54,993 bases of DNA, from positions 1 through 54,993 of IMG/VR virus record IMGVR_UViG_3300045977_000377, one strand, 5' to 3'. Origin of the DNA: a virus (Duplodnaviria; Caudoviricetes). The translations under genes were made by a program, and so were the position numbers. The notes beneath the pieces are model-generated. The model was not told the DNA's origin. It saw only the letters and a list, made by a program, of their open reading frames with translations, and made no database searches. Below, piece after piece: positions 36,706 through 46,188 of the stretch. Numbering within the stretch: the first letter of the stretch is position 1; the number at the start of each line of letters is the position of its first letter.

Positions 36706-36974
36706 ACGGTCTCCCTCATCATCCGGATGCGCGCCGGGGTGACGGCGTGCTCGTCGCAGTACGCGCAGCACTCGCCGTCGTTGACCGGCCACGCGCGATT
36801 CGGGTACTCGGGGAACGGCTCGCCGCAGATCGAGCAGATCTTCGGCTCCAGCTTGACGCGCTCGGCGCCCGTGATCGCCCAGTGCCCATGCGTTGTCCGG
36901 ACCACTACCACGCCGCTCAGATCCGGCCGGGCGCCCAACTCGCGGCGGGCCGCCGCTTCGGTTCGGAAGATCAT
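36702..36974 (-). CDS. Zn-finger protein
   Basis: CSICG...N.AWPV.DGECC..CD...V.PARI. Confidence 0.55.
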   Translation of the reverse strand: MIFRTEAAARRELGARPDLSGVVVVRTTHGHWAITGAERVKLEPKICSICGEPFPEYPNRAWPVNDGECCAYCDEHAVTPARIRMMRETV

Positions 36975-37402
36975 GCCACGGCCCTCCCGTTGACGGGTTG
37001 CGGCTCCATCTTCACGGTCGGCCTGCTTGCCCCTTCTTTCCGCTGCGCGCGGCTGATGCGTTGGGCGTCCTTCATCTTTTTGATTTTGAGCGCGCGTTGC
37101 TTCGGCGTAAGCCCGGCCCAGTACCGCTTCATGCTCTGTGATCCGCGCCTCCGCTCTTCCGGCGTCTGGTTGCCGGTTTTCTTTTTGCCGCTCGCGCCCA
37201 CCGGCTTCCCGTTCAACTTGGTCGCGAACTTTTCGAGAGACGCTGCTCTCTCGGCCGCCTCCTTGGGCGGCCTGCCCATGCGCGGCCGGTCGAGCATCGT
37301 CTGCACCTCGGCCAGCTTCTGCGCGAGATCCTCGGCATAGCCGAGGATCTCCCGCGATAGCCCGTCGTTTTGTTTCATTGCCCTGTTTTCCTCCATCGCC
37401 AC
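36971..37402 (-). CDS. basic nucleic-acid-binding hypothetical protein
   Basis: RMGRPPK AT-hook-like; TPEERRR..QSMKRYWA. Confidence 0.5.
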   Translation of the reverse strand: MAMEENRAMKQNDGLSREILGYAEDLAQKLAEVQTMLDRPRMGRPPKEAAERAASLEKFATKLNGKPVGASGKKKTGNQTPEERRRGSQSMKRYWAGLTPKQRALKIKKMKDAQRISRAQRKEGASRPTVKMEPQPVNGRAVA

Positions 37403-37738
37403 TTTCCGGTGTTAGCGATTACCACATGGAGATGCTATCAGCTTTAACACCTACAAACCCAAACGAGTGTGTTCTCGTTCACCACGGCATCTATGCATCA
37501 TCCCTCGATTGTCGGGCCTTGTCCTCTCGATGCTTTCGGATGGCTTCGTCCACATCGGCCTGCGTGAACACCTTGGGCGCCGGGCCGGGAAGCTCGGCGC
37601 GATGCTGCGGCGGCGTCATGATGTCTTCGAGTAGCCGCTCGAAGCGGCCGCCGCGCCAACCCTCGGGCATGCGCGTCTTCTGCGCCAGCCGCCGCATCAA
37701 CGAATCGATGTCGTTGCCCTGATCGTCGGGTTCCATCG

Positions 37739-38122
37739 CTAACCTCCAGCGCGGCACTTGCAGGGCCGCGACACGTTCGCTTCGTAGGGTTGCATGTTGC
37801 CGATTTTGACCATCTTGGTGAACGACTCCCAGCCGCTTCCATTGCAGACCTGGCAGTCCGGATTGCCCAGCGACCGCATGGTCGGACGCCGCATCCGCTC
37901 CGCGACCTGGATCAGGTCCATCGGTTTCGGGCAGACGGTGTGCGTGTCGATGACATCACCGATCAGCCGCTGCAAAAACTTCGCGTCGGTGTCGGAGATC
38001 CGGCGCAAGGTCTGCCTCAGTTCCTTCTGCGCCATCGGCAGGGCTGGATACTTGTCGAGGCAACTCAGCCGCTCGATCTGGTCGTCGTAGAACTTGTCAG
38101 GCAGTAGCTTTGAGCCGCTCAC
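37739..38122 (-). CDS. replication-associated protein (possible helicase loader partner)
   Basis: immediately downstream of the initiator; C-x2-C-NGSGW...PCKC. Confidence 0.5.
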   Translation of the reverse strand: MSGSKLLPDKFYDDQIERLSCLDKYPALPMAQKELRQTLRRISDTDAKFLQRLIGDVIDTHTVCPKPMDLIQVAERMRRPTMRSLGNPDCQVCNGSGWESFTKMVKIGNMQPYEANVSRPCKCRAGG

Positions 38123-39014
38123 GCCAGACCTCCGGATCTTGCCCTTCCGCTCTCAGTTGGTCCCAGTCCTCGATCTCCGCGAGAACCATCCAGTGCCGCT
38201 CATCGACCGCCCGCATCTCGCGCCGGTGACGGTCCACGTAGGTTTCCCGCTCGACGCCTTTCCGGCCTGCGGGCGGATACTCCCACTCGCCGGAATGTAG
38301 CCACCTCCACAACTGCGGGATGAAGCGGTCGCGCGGGAGAGAGGCCCAGTGCTCCCGCCAGGACCCGTGGTTCCGGCGGATGGTCTTGGCGGTCGCCTCG
38401 ACGTCCGATGCAGCCAGAACCGTCCTGGCTTCGGCTACGGCCCTCCCAGGATTACCCGGCTCCGGATGGTCGGGCATCAGGTCCGCGACCAGCTCGCGGG
38501 CAGTCTGCTCCACCGCAGGGGCGGCGTTCGCGTTCGCGTTCGCGTTCGCGTTGGATGCGAAAGCATCCCCAGCCGCCGCCGCCGCCCGCGACTTCTCCGA
38601 CGCCACTACTGGTGGGAGTTTGGCGTCGGCGGCGGCGGCACGATGGTTCCCTTCCTCTAGTTCAAAGACATCTGGTTCTGTCGGGTAGTTTTGAACGCCC
38701 CCTACCGTCATAGTTGAACGGGGAGGGCGTTCACCCACCTCCCCGTCTGACACCGCAAAATTAAAGCGATAGGAATTGGAAGACCCCAGGTTGGGAGTGC
38801 TGATGACTATTCCAGTCACCCGCAGTTCCCGCACCCACCGACGAAGCGTCTCTCCCGGCACACCCAGCCGCCGCGCGGCGGTGCTCAAGGCCGGATTGCA
38901 CTGCCCGGTTCTCCGATTGCGGAACGAGAGAAGGCCGAGGAGCCCTTTGATCGCTCCTGGTGAAAGACCGCACCCCAAAATCTCCAAAGGCACACAGACG
39001 AATTGACCTTTCAT
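38097..39014 (-). CDS. HTH replication initiator
   Basis: TGQCNPALSTAARRLGV..ETLRRWVREL...G.V N-terminal wHTH; FIPQLWRWL..G.W C-terminal motif. Confidence 0.75.
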   Translation of the reverse strand: MKGQFVCVPLEILGCGLSPGAIKGLLGLLSFRNRRTGQCNPALSTAARRLGVPGETLRRWVRELRVTGIVISTPNLGSSNSYRFNFAVSDGEVGERPPRSTMTVGGVQNYPTEPDVFELEEGNHRAAAADAKLPPVVASEKSRAAAAAGDAFASNANANANANAAPAVEQTARELVADLMPDHPEPGNPGRAVAEARTVLAASDVEATAKTIRRNHGSWREHWASLPRDRFIPQLWRWLHSGEWEYPPAGRKGVERETYVDRHRREMRAVDERHWMVLAEIEDWDQLRAEGQDPEVWRERLKATA

Positions 39015-39703
39015 GACCGGCTCCTTGCCCTGCGGCGTTCCCTGCGCTGGCGCCCAATCTCAGTGCATGTGTCACAGAAGTGGCACGTAGGCAAAGCGGC
39101 CAACTCACTGGCCGGGATCGCTTCGACATGGCCGCATGACAGAACCAATCCGGCCAGCGGCATCTGCCTCTTGGAATTGTTCTTGGCCGTTCGGAACCCG
39201 GCGAAACGGATTGCGCGGATCGCCCGCTCAACTGAATCGCCGGTCGCGCCGGGATCAGGAACTGGATCGTATCTGTGCGGTAGCTTGTATTCCCCTATCG
39301 CCGCCAGAAACTCAGCGAACTCGTCTCCCGTTGACCGCTGATGGAGTCTCAGCCGTCGTTCTCGATCCGCTCTCGAATGACATCTCTTGCAAAGCCAGCG
39401 GATTTTCAGCGGCGCCGCGTAATCGTCATGATGGGCCTCGATTGGTGGGTTAGAACTTCCCCGTGGCCGCTCTGGCCTTGCTCCGCATTCAGAACATTCA
39501 TCGGGCCGGATGAGCAATCCCGCGCGAATCGCGGCTATTACTATGGCGCGGGCGTTTGCCTTTCCCTGTGCTGCCTGGAAAGGGTCAAGAAGGTATGGCG
39601 ACGAACATTGATACAGTCTGTAAGGACCGTTGGAGACGTTCCGCGCTTTCACGTAGGGAACTGGGGTCAGGACAAAAGGTATGATTTCTGTAGTAGCAGA
39701 CAC
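39011..39703 (-). CDS. HNH-family endonuclease
   Basis: CSECG...IEAHHDDY..PL.IRWLCKRCH; lower GC than flanks. Confidence 0.65.
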   Translation of the reverse strand: MSATTEIIPFVLTPVPYVKARNVSNGPYRLYQCSSPYLLDPFQAAQGKANARAIVIAAIRAGLLIRPDECSECGARPERPRGSSNPPIEAHHDDYAAPLKIRWLCKRCHSRADRERRLRLHQRSTGDEFAEFLAAIGEYKLPHRYDPVPDPGATGDSVERAIRAIRFAGFRTAKNNSKRQMPLAGLVLSCGHVEAIPASELAALPTCHFCDTCTEIGRQRRERRRARSRS

Positions 39704-39806
39704 CGGATCTTCTCCTCAAAAAACTCAGAACTTCTTGGCGGGAAGAGTCGGGAACTTCGTCGGAGCACACGGCGCGAATCCGGAGGGGACCGCGCCGTTT
39801 GCGTTT

Positions 39807-40211
39807 TCAGGGCGCCCTCGCCCGCGCGGCCAGGATCTGCGCCCACTCCACGAGGGCGCGTTCCTGATGGCCGTCGAGCCACCTCGCGAGAGACTCCACG
39901 CTATCGACCGTGCAGATCGCGAGTCGGTAGCCGAGGTAGATCTCCCGGTGCTTTGCTGCCTGCTCTAGTGAAGCGACCTCGCCAGGACGCTTCACCTCAA
40001 GCAGGAAGCCAGGAAAGATGGCGTGCTCCAGCGCGTAGTCCGGAGTGCCCTTCTCGACGCCGGTAATCCAGCGCCTGCCGTCGAGCGTCTTGTACCGGCC
40101 CGCATGCAGCCGCACCGGCCAGTAGGACCGCAGGCGCAGCAGATCGAGACATCCCTTCTCGACATCGTTCTCGACCAGCTTCACGCGCGGCGATGTGAGG
40201 CGGAAGGTCAC
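39807..40211 (-). CDS. VRR-NUC domain nuclease
   Basis: E.DVE...KGTPD...LLEVKRPG....EQ. Confidence 0.75.
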   Translation of the reverse strand: MTFRLTSPRVKLVENDVEKGCLDLLRLRSYWPVRLHAGRYKTLDGRRWITGVEKGTPDYALEHAIFPGFLLEVKRPGEVASLEQAAKHREIYLGYRLAICTVDSVESLARWLDGHQERALVEWAQILAARARAP

Positions 40212-41179
40212 TGGAGAGCCTCCAGCAACGGGAAGGTCGGCGCGGGCTTCAGGTAGATGGGCTGATACTTCGCGCCCGCCCAATCCTTCCACGGGATGCG
40301 CTTGTCGTAAGCGCCGAGCACCCACCGCTGATAGCCCATCAACTCGGGCGTCCGCACGTAGGGCATCGGGAACGGCCGCGCGCCGAACTCGCGCAACCGC
40401 TGGCGCCGGTAGTCGCGGTCTTGATGCGTCTCGCCGGGCCAATATCCGACGAGCATATAGACCAGCAGATGGTTCGGCCGCACGCCGTGCCGCACCAGAG
40501 CTTCGAGCCCGGCGAAGAGCCGCGCCTCGTCCTTGCGGTTGTCCCATGCGGTGTACAACCGGCGGCGGAAGAAGTGGGAGTCGTAGTAGCGGACGCTCGC
40601 GGCGGCGGCGGCGGTCTCGTCGTTGAGGAAGCGCGCGTTGATGCCCTGCGTGAAGTTGACCTTGAAGCGGCCGCTGATCATCTCGTCGACGCGGGCGCGC
40701 CAGTCCGGTTGGCCGAAGAAGTCGTTGTCGAGGAGAGTGATGTTTCGCGGCCACGGGTCGCCGCGCCAGATGCGGTAGATCGTCCGGTCCTCGGTGACCG
40801 GGCCTTCCTTCTCGGGGACCACGCAGAACGGGCAGCGGAGCCTGCAGCCGCGCTGCGTGAAGCCGATGGAGTGCGGGAAGTCCGGATAGATGGAGTAGTC
40901 CTGCTCGGCGGTCTCGATGCCGTGACGCTCCAGCGTGGTCTCCATGTCAACGCCGGTCCCGCCGATGATTGCCTCGGGGAACTCGCGCCGCACGCGCTCG
41001 ACGGCCGGTCGCGTCTTCAGGAAGATGGCGCTCGCGTAGACCTTGTCCCACTCCTGGTCCCAGAGCTTGCGCTCGCCGCCGCGCCGCAGCGTCACCTCGT
41101 CGCCGCGATGGTGGGCGGCGATTCGCATTAGCGCGACGTTGGGCAGCTTGCCGTCGAGTTGGAGCAGGAGCACGCGCAT
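40208..41179 (-). CDS. radical SAM protein
   Basis: start MRVLLLQLDGKLPNVALM; TQRGCRLRCPFC (CX3CX2C); LLDNDFF; VYMLVGY. Confidence 0.85.
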   Translation of the reverse strand: MRVLLLQLDGKLPNVALMRIAAHHRGDEVTLRRGGERKLWDQEWDKVYASAIFLKTRPAVERVRREFPEAIIGGTGVDMETTLERHGIETAEQDYSIYPDFPHSIGFTQRGCRLRCPFCVVPEKEGPVTEDRTIYRIWRGDPWPRNITLLDNDFFGQPDWRARVDEMISGRFKVNFTQGINARFLNDETAAAAASVRYYDSHFFRRRLYTAWDNRKDEARLFAGLEALVRHGVRPNHLLVYMLVGYWPGETHQDRDYRRQRLREFGARPFPMPYVRTPELMGYQRWVLGAYDKRIPWKDWAGAKYQPIYLKPAPTFPLLEALQ

Positions 41180-41503
41180 CAGCCGCCGTTCCTCACTTCG
41201 CCCTCGCGCAGGATCGGGACGCCATGGTCGGCGCAGAATGCCGCCACCTTGACCCACTCCTCGGCGCGGAAGTCTCCGATGCCGACGGTGTGCCACTCTC
41301 CGGCGCGCCGCGCGTTCAGGCGAACGTGGACCGACCCGTCCTCGCGTTCGCGGACGATCAGCCGGGCCTGGATCATGGCCGCCGCCTCCGGAAGCCGAGC
41401 ACGCGCCGCAGGACCACAACGGCGACGAACCCGATGCACACCCAGAGAACCCACATCGCGGCCTGGAGGAAGACCGAGACATCGCGCAGGTCTTCGCCCG
41501 GCA

Positions 41504-42730
41504 TCACGCCACCTGCTTGCCGTCCACCCAGATGTGATGGCAGTTGGGGCCGAGGTATGTGTTGCCGCTCTGCGCGAGCGAGATATTGTTGCAGTCGGTC
41601 TCCAGGTAGAGGACGTTGCTGCCGCCCTCGAATGTGGTGCTCTCGAAGACCGAGTTGGTCGCGTAGCGCAGGCCGCCGAGCGACCGGCAGTTCGCCACCT
41701 TGTTTCCCTTGAAGCGGATGTTCCTGGCCGGGGTCGAGCAGTAGAGCGCGCCGAAGGTTGTGCCCGTCGGGCCGCAGTCGCGGAACTCGTTATTCTCGAT
41801 GCCGATCAGCGGGAGGTCCGTCATGTTTTCGAGCATCAAGCCCGCGCCGTTCTGCGAGCGCTTGGCGACGTTGTTCTCAAACCAGACCTCCGCGATGTCG
41901 CGGCGGCGCGACACCATCACCCGGTACACGAGCTTGTAGCAAGTGCCCTGCGCCGGGTTCTCGGCCACGTTGTCGCGGACGATCAGGCCGTTGCCTTCGG
42001 CCGCGATGCAGGTGTGCCCGGTGTCCTTGACGTGGTTGCCCTCGACCAGACAGTCGGCGCGCGTCGGGAGCCAGATGCCGCGCACGCCTTGCCCGCCGAC
42101 GATCCCGCCCGTGCGCTCGACGCGATTGCGGAGCACGCGCAGGCCGACCGTCGCCTGACAATGAATCGCCGCGCACGGCGGGCCGCTCGGGTTGACGGCC
42201 ACATCGTGCAGGTAGCAGTCGCTGATCTCGTGCTCCGCGCCTTGGTTGAAGAAGAGCGGTTGGCGTTGCTGGTTCGCCATGTCGAACTCCAGAGCGCGAA
42301 GCGCGCATCCGTTGGCGTCCTGCACGTTGAGCAGAGATCCGTAGTGCCCGTTCCAGTTGCCTTGCTGGCTGATCGGCGTCAGCCCGCTCCGCACGCTCGC
42401 GTCTCCGCGCACCTGCTTCGCATAGCCCGAGAGCCAGAGGCTCCCGCCGATGCGGAACATGCCCTTGAGGATCAGAACCTCGCCATCCGCGAGCGCGTTC
42501 AGTTCGCTCTGCAGCAGTCCGGTGTCGTCGCCTCCGGTGGGCACGATCACTTTGCCGTCGAGCGGCGGCTCGGGGGGAATGGGCTCCGGCGGGACCGGCA
42601 GGCCCTCGCCGCTGATGGTCACCGAGAACTTGTCGCCGTCGCGCGTCAGCGTTCCGGTGAGCGGGATCGTGGTCGCCTCGCGCGGCGTCGGCGTGTAGGC
42701 ATTCCAATTCTGCTCTCGTGTAGGGCTCAT
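41504..42730 (-). CDS. right-handed parallel beta-helix protein
   Basis: GDDTGLLQ pectate-lyase-like cap; repeated (V/I).(G/D/N)N.V rungs. Confidence 0.65.
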   Translation of the reverse strand: MSPTREQNWNAYTPTPREATTIPLTGTLTRDGDKFSVTISGEGLPVPPEPIPPEPPLDGKVIVPTGGDDTGLLQSELNALADGEVLILKGMFRIGGSLWLSGYAKQVRGDASVRSGLTPISQQGNWNGHYGSLLNVQDANGCALRALEFDMANQQRQPLFFNQGAEHEISDCYLHDVAVNPSGPPCAAIHCQATVGLRVLRNRVERTGGIVGGQGVRGIWLPTRADCLVEGNHVKDTGHTCIAAEGNGLIVRDNVAENPAQGTCYKLVYRVMVSRRRDIAEVWFENNVAKRSQNGAGLMLENMTDLPLIGIENNEFRDCGPTGTTFGALYCSTPARNIRFKGNKVANCRSLGGLRYATNSVFESTTFEGGSNVLYLETDCNNISLAQSGNTYLGPNCHHIWVDGKQVA

Positions 42731-43051
42731 GCTCTGGCTTTCTCTCCATTGCGCTCTCGACTTCGCGGCGGCAGTCGAGGCAGATTCCGTTGAGGGTTTC
42801 GAGTTGCGGATCGATGACGCCGCGCCTGTCGTTGCGAAGCACATCGAGACCGCAGAAGGTTTTCTCCGCGCCGAAGGTGCGGACGTGCCGCTTGCTCTTC
42901 TGCGTGACCGTGACCAGCGGCTCGCGGTTTTGGATCAGCCGCCGCAGCGCGTCGACTTGCTGGCGCATGATGGCCGCCATCGACGCGCGCTGCACGCATG
43001 ACGGGCAGAGCACCAGCGGATCGGGAATGGGCATCGCGCAGTGAGGGCAGA

Positions 43052-43234
43052 TCATGCGATGGCCGCCTCTCCTCGGTTATAGGCTTCGCGCGAGCGATAC
43101 CAGCCGCGCCGGTCGACCTCGGGCTCGACGTAGTAGGCGCCGCACCGGCACGTCGCCGCGAGCGACATCAGAGCCACGTGCACGCGGCACTCGCAGAGCG
43201 GACAGATGACCGTAGTCCAAACGGGATGGCTCAT
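43052..43234 (-). CDS. small Zn-ribbon protein
   Basis: CPLC...CRCG. Confidence 0.45.
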   Translation of the reverse strand: MSHPVWTTVICPLCECRVHVALMSLAATCRCGAYYVEPEVDRRGWYRSREAYNRGEAAIA

Positions 43235-43246
43235 TCACCACCCCCC

Positions 43247-43289
43247 TAAAAACGCGAAGGCCGCCGGTCCCTTGTGGGGAGCGGCGGCC
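43247..43289 (-). terminator. possible terminator after the integrase
   Basis: GGCCGCCG...CGGCGGCC followed by TTCGCGTTTT. Confidence 0.45.
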
Positions 43290-43314
43290 AGTGTCAGCCG
43301 GTTGAGGGGTGGCC

Positions 43315-45108
43315 TCATGCGGCCACCCTTACCTTTGTTTTCAGGAGGATGTAATTGTCAACATGGTGTTCCTCACGCTGACAATTAGCGCCTTTCAGCG
43401 GAATCCGGAGGGTGATCTCGGCTTCGTCGCATGCCCAGACAACCCCATGAATCCAGGCGACCAGGATGCGCCGCCGGTCGGCGGGCTTGTCGGTGGTCAT
43501 GCCGAGCTTCACGTCGCCCCGGATCGAAGCGGTATCGACCACGATGGACTGGTTGTCCTTCTCCATCGCGGCGAGCCGCTTGCGAAGCAGGTTGATCTGG
43601 CCGGTCAGTTCCGCCACCTGCTCAGAGTACACCCGTTGCATGTCGGCGTCTTCGGAGAACTCCAACTCCTTGCGGACGGCGAGCGCCCGCTGGCTGATCA
43701 GCTTGGGCTCTAACGCACGCATCCGGTCCAGTTCGCTCTGGTCGATGTCGGCCACGAGCGCAGTCTTATACTCGTCCACGAGCGCGTCGAGCTTGCCGGT
43801 CAGCGCTTCCTTCCAGCCCTCCCAGACGGCCGTGTCGAGCACGTCGGTCAGGATGCTGCGCCGCTTCATGGTCCCCTCGGGGTTCGACGCCGCGCGGTGG
43901 TTCGGCCGCGAGTTCGGGCTCAACGGCTTCACCCAGAAGTGAGGGCAGAGGGACTCGCCGGTCAGCCGGTCGCGGTTGGTGCAACCGTAGTAGGTCTTGT
44001 CGCCGCTGACCTTGGGCGCGACGGCGAAGCCGCACTTGCACTTCACCAGACGCTTCAGCAGAGCCTCGTTCTTCACCGCCGGTTTGCCGACGTTCAGCTT
44101 CTCCTCGGAGTTGCGCTCGACGGCTGCGACGATGGCGAGATGCCGCTCCATCGACATGATCGGGCCGCCGGGCAAATGCTGCTCTTGCCACTGCGACTTC
44201 GGCCGCGCCTTGTGGACGGTCTTGGTGCGATGGCGTTCGATCTCCGGCTTGCGTTGCTTCTTCGGTTCGACGCACTCGGTCTTGCCGTAGTGCCAGACGC
44301 CGGTCGCGTAGCAGGGGTCGAGCACGATCTTCTTCAGCGTGTCGACGTTCCACTGCTTGGCGACTCCCTTGGTGAAGCCGAGGGCCTTCGAGCGCGGCGG
44401 GATTCCGCGCGCCATCAGTTCCCGGCACACGCCGCGCAGGCTCATGCCGCCGAGGATCAGGTCGCCCATCCAGAGCACCGTCTTCTGGTCCTCCGCGACG
44501 GGCTCGTGCGAGTTGGCGGGCTTGGGCGGGATCGGCATCCCCGCCTGCATCAGCCGGAAGTTCAGTTCGGAAGCGGTGACGAACCTCCAGCCCATGGGCG
44601 AGCGGCCTCCGTGCGCCAAGCCTTTGCTGATCTTCTGCGCGACACCGTCCATCGACTTGGCGCGGATCTGATCCTTCTGCCACTCGCTCATCATCATGAG
44701 CAGGTACATCTGGTTCTTGTACCAGCCGTCATCCTGATACGGCCCGAGCCGCCCCAGGATCACCGTGGCGCCCGCTTCGCGGAACTGGCGGATGGTGGTG
44801 AGCCCGCCCTCGACGTTGCGCGCGAACCGATCCACCTCGGTCCAGCCGACGCAGTTGATCTTGCCTTCGCGCACCCACCGCAGGGCCTTCTTGATCGAGG
44901 GCCGGTTGAAGTCGGCGCCCGAGTAGCCCTCGTCATCGATGCGGAACTCCTCGGGGAAGATCACGCCGTGCTGGCGCCCGATCTCATCGAACTTGTGGTC
45001 CTGCGCGTCGGCCGAGTAGTTGCCGACCTGCAACTCAAGACTGACTCTGGTGATCTTCGCGCCGATCAGCATCGGCTTCACCATCGGGATGACTCTTGCG
45101 GCGGCCAC
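43315..45108 (-). CDS. int: large serine recombinase (integrase)
   Basis: TRVS catalytic Ser, DEGYSG...RP, DRFARN, recombinase domain, LVKCKCG/YYGC Zn ribbon, coiled coil. Confidence 0.9.
   Translation of the reverse strand: MAAARVIPMVKPMLIGAKITRVSLELQVGNYSADAQDHKFDEIGRQHGVIFPEEFRIDDEGYSGADFNRPSIKKALRWVREGKINCVGWTEVDRFARNVEGGLTTIRQFREAGATVILGRLGPYQDDGWYKNQMYLLMMMSEWQKDQIRAKSMDGVAQKISKGLAHGGRSPMGWRFVTASELNFRLMQAGMPIPPKPANSHEPVAEDQKTVLWMGDLILGGMSLRGVCRELMARGIPPRSKALGFTKGVAKQWNVDTLKKIVLDPCYATGVWHYGKTECVEPKKQRKPEIERHRTKTVHKARPKSQWQEQHLPGGPIMSMERHLAIVAAVERNSEEKLNVGKPAVKNEALLKRLVKCKCGFAVAPKVSGDKTYYGCTNRDRLTGESLCPHFWVKPLSPNSRPNHRAASNPEGTMKRRSILTDVLDTAVWEGWKEALTGKLDALVDEYKTALVADIDQSELDRMRALEPKLISQRALAVRKELEFSEDADMQRVYSEQVAELTGQINLLRKRLAAMEKDNQSIVVDTASIRGDVKLGMTTDKPADRRRILVAWIHGVVWACDEAEITLRIPLKGANCQREEHHVDNYILLKTKVRVAA
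43346..43393. other. candidate attP inside the integrase 3' end
   Basis: TAATTGTCA-N18-TGACAATTA inverted repeat (12/15 extended), central TT at 43369-43370. Confidence 0.55.
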
Positions 45109-45482
45109 TAGCTCTTTCCTCCCTCATTCGTTTTCCGATTTCGCGGAGCACTCGTAATCCGCTTACGATCTTCTCGGCCGCGTCCGGATCGTCCGGTCCC
45201 GGCTTCACCGTGACCTTGAGCTTTCGCCTCACGGGCGAGCCTCGCGAGTTGCGTGATGCGCGCCCGTTGAGCGAACCTCGCGAGTTGCGCGATGCGCGCC
45301 TGCAGAACCTTGGTCGCCTCGGCGGCGAGCATCGCCCGCGCCTCGGTCACGTCCGTCTGGCCGGTCGACTCCTGGCGCAGTTTGCCGTTCGCGTCGGTCC
45401 AGATCATCCAGAGCACGTTGCCGCGCTTCTGAAGGGAACCGGCCCCTCTGGGCCATCCCTTCGGGTTGTATGTTTCGGTCAT
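45108..45482 (-). CDS. stand-alone integrase-arm-type DNA-binding protein
   Basis: RGAGSLQKRGNVLWMIW..NGKLRQESTG.TD..EA; TAAAGT -10 just upstream. Confidence 0.55.
   Translation of the reverse strand: MTETYNPKGWPRGAGSLQKRGNVLWMIWTDANGKLRQESTGQTDVTEARAMLAAEATKVLQARIAQLARFAQRARITQLARLAREAKAQGHGEAGTGRSGRGREDRKRITSAPRNRKTNEGGKS
45235..45300. repeat. 36-bp-period tandem duplication
   Basis: 45235-45264 vs 45271-45300, 28/30 identical. Confidence 0.85.
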
Positions 45483-45523
45483 GTAGGTACTTTAACATGA
45501 TTTCCCTACAGTGGGGGGCGCGC

Positions 45524-45775
45524 CTACTTCGCCGCCGCCTCGACTTCGAGCCGCTGGTTGATATCGTCGGTCACCCGTTGCTGGTAGCGCGCGACGGCTT
45601 CGAGAACCGCGATGGCCGTCTCGCGCTTCATGAACATCTGCAGGTTGACCTCGCTCGGGACGCGAGGGTAAGCCTCGGCCGCGAGCGCGAGCACCTGCCC
45701 GACCGCTTTGATGGCGTTGTCCCATCCCTGCTCGTACTGCGTCTTGCGCTTCGGCGCGCTTGCGATGATCGGCAT
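45524..45775 (-). CDS. hypothetical protein
   Basis: 83 aa, AAGGAG RBS. Confidence 0.55.
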   Translation of the reverse strand: MPIIASAPKRKTQYEQGWDNAIKAVGQVLALAAEAYPRVPSEVNLQMFMKRETAIAVLEAVARYQQRVTDDINQRLEVEAAAK

Positions 45776-45801
45776 CTACGTCTCCTTCCTTCTGATCGGC
45801 G

Positions 45802-46188
45802 TCACTGCGTCCGCTCGCTTTGCGGCGGGACTTCAAGAAAAACCTGGAGCATCTCCAGCCGCGTCTGAATCGCGGAGAGGTTATTGAGGAACGTCGGGTT
45901 GTGCTCGTGCTTGAGCATCCAGCAGAGAACATCCTCGTTGTTCAGGACCATCTGCCGGTGGCTCTCCTCATCGACCACCAACTCGAAGAGTTCCTGATCG
46001 AGGATCAGGCAGTGCAGCAGATCGTGCGCCTGCCAGATCTCGTCCACCGAGCGGATCGAGCGGGCCGTCGCGCGCAGCGCTTTGATCTCCTGCTCGATCT
46101 GGCGCAGCGCGACCTCCTCGCCCGGCCAGACCGTCGCCGGGAACAGACGCTGCCACATGCTGGCGATATCGACCGGCATCCTCTTCAT
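45802..46188 (-). CDS. hypothetical protein
   Basis: MKRMPVD...AHDLL...LCWML.H.HNPTF. Confidence 0.55.
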   Translation of the reverse strand: MKRMPVDIASMWQRLFPATVWPGEEVALRQIEQEIKALRATARSIRSVDEIWQAHDLLHCLILDQELFELVVDEESHRQMVLNNEDVLCWMLKHEHNPTFLNNLSAIQTRLEMLQVFLEVPPQSERTQ

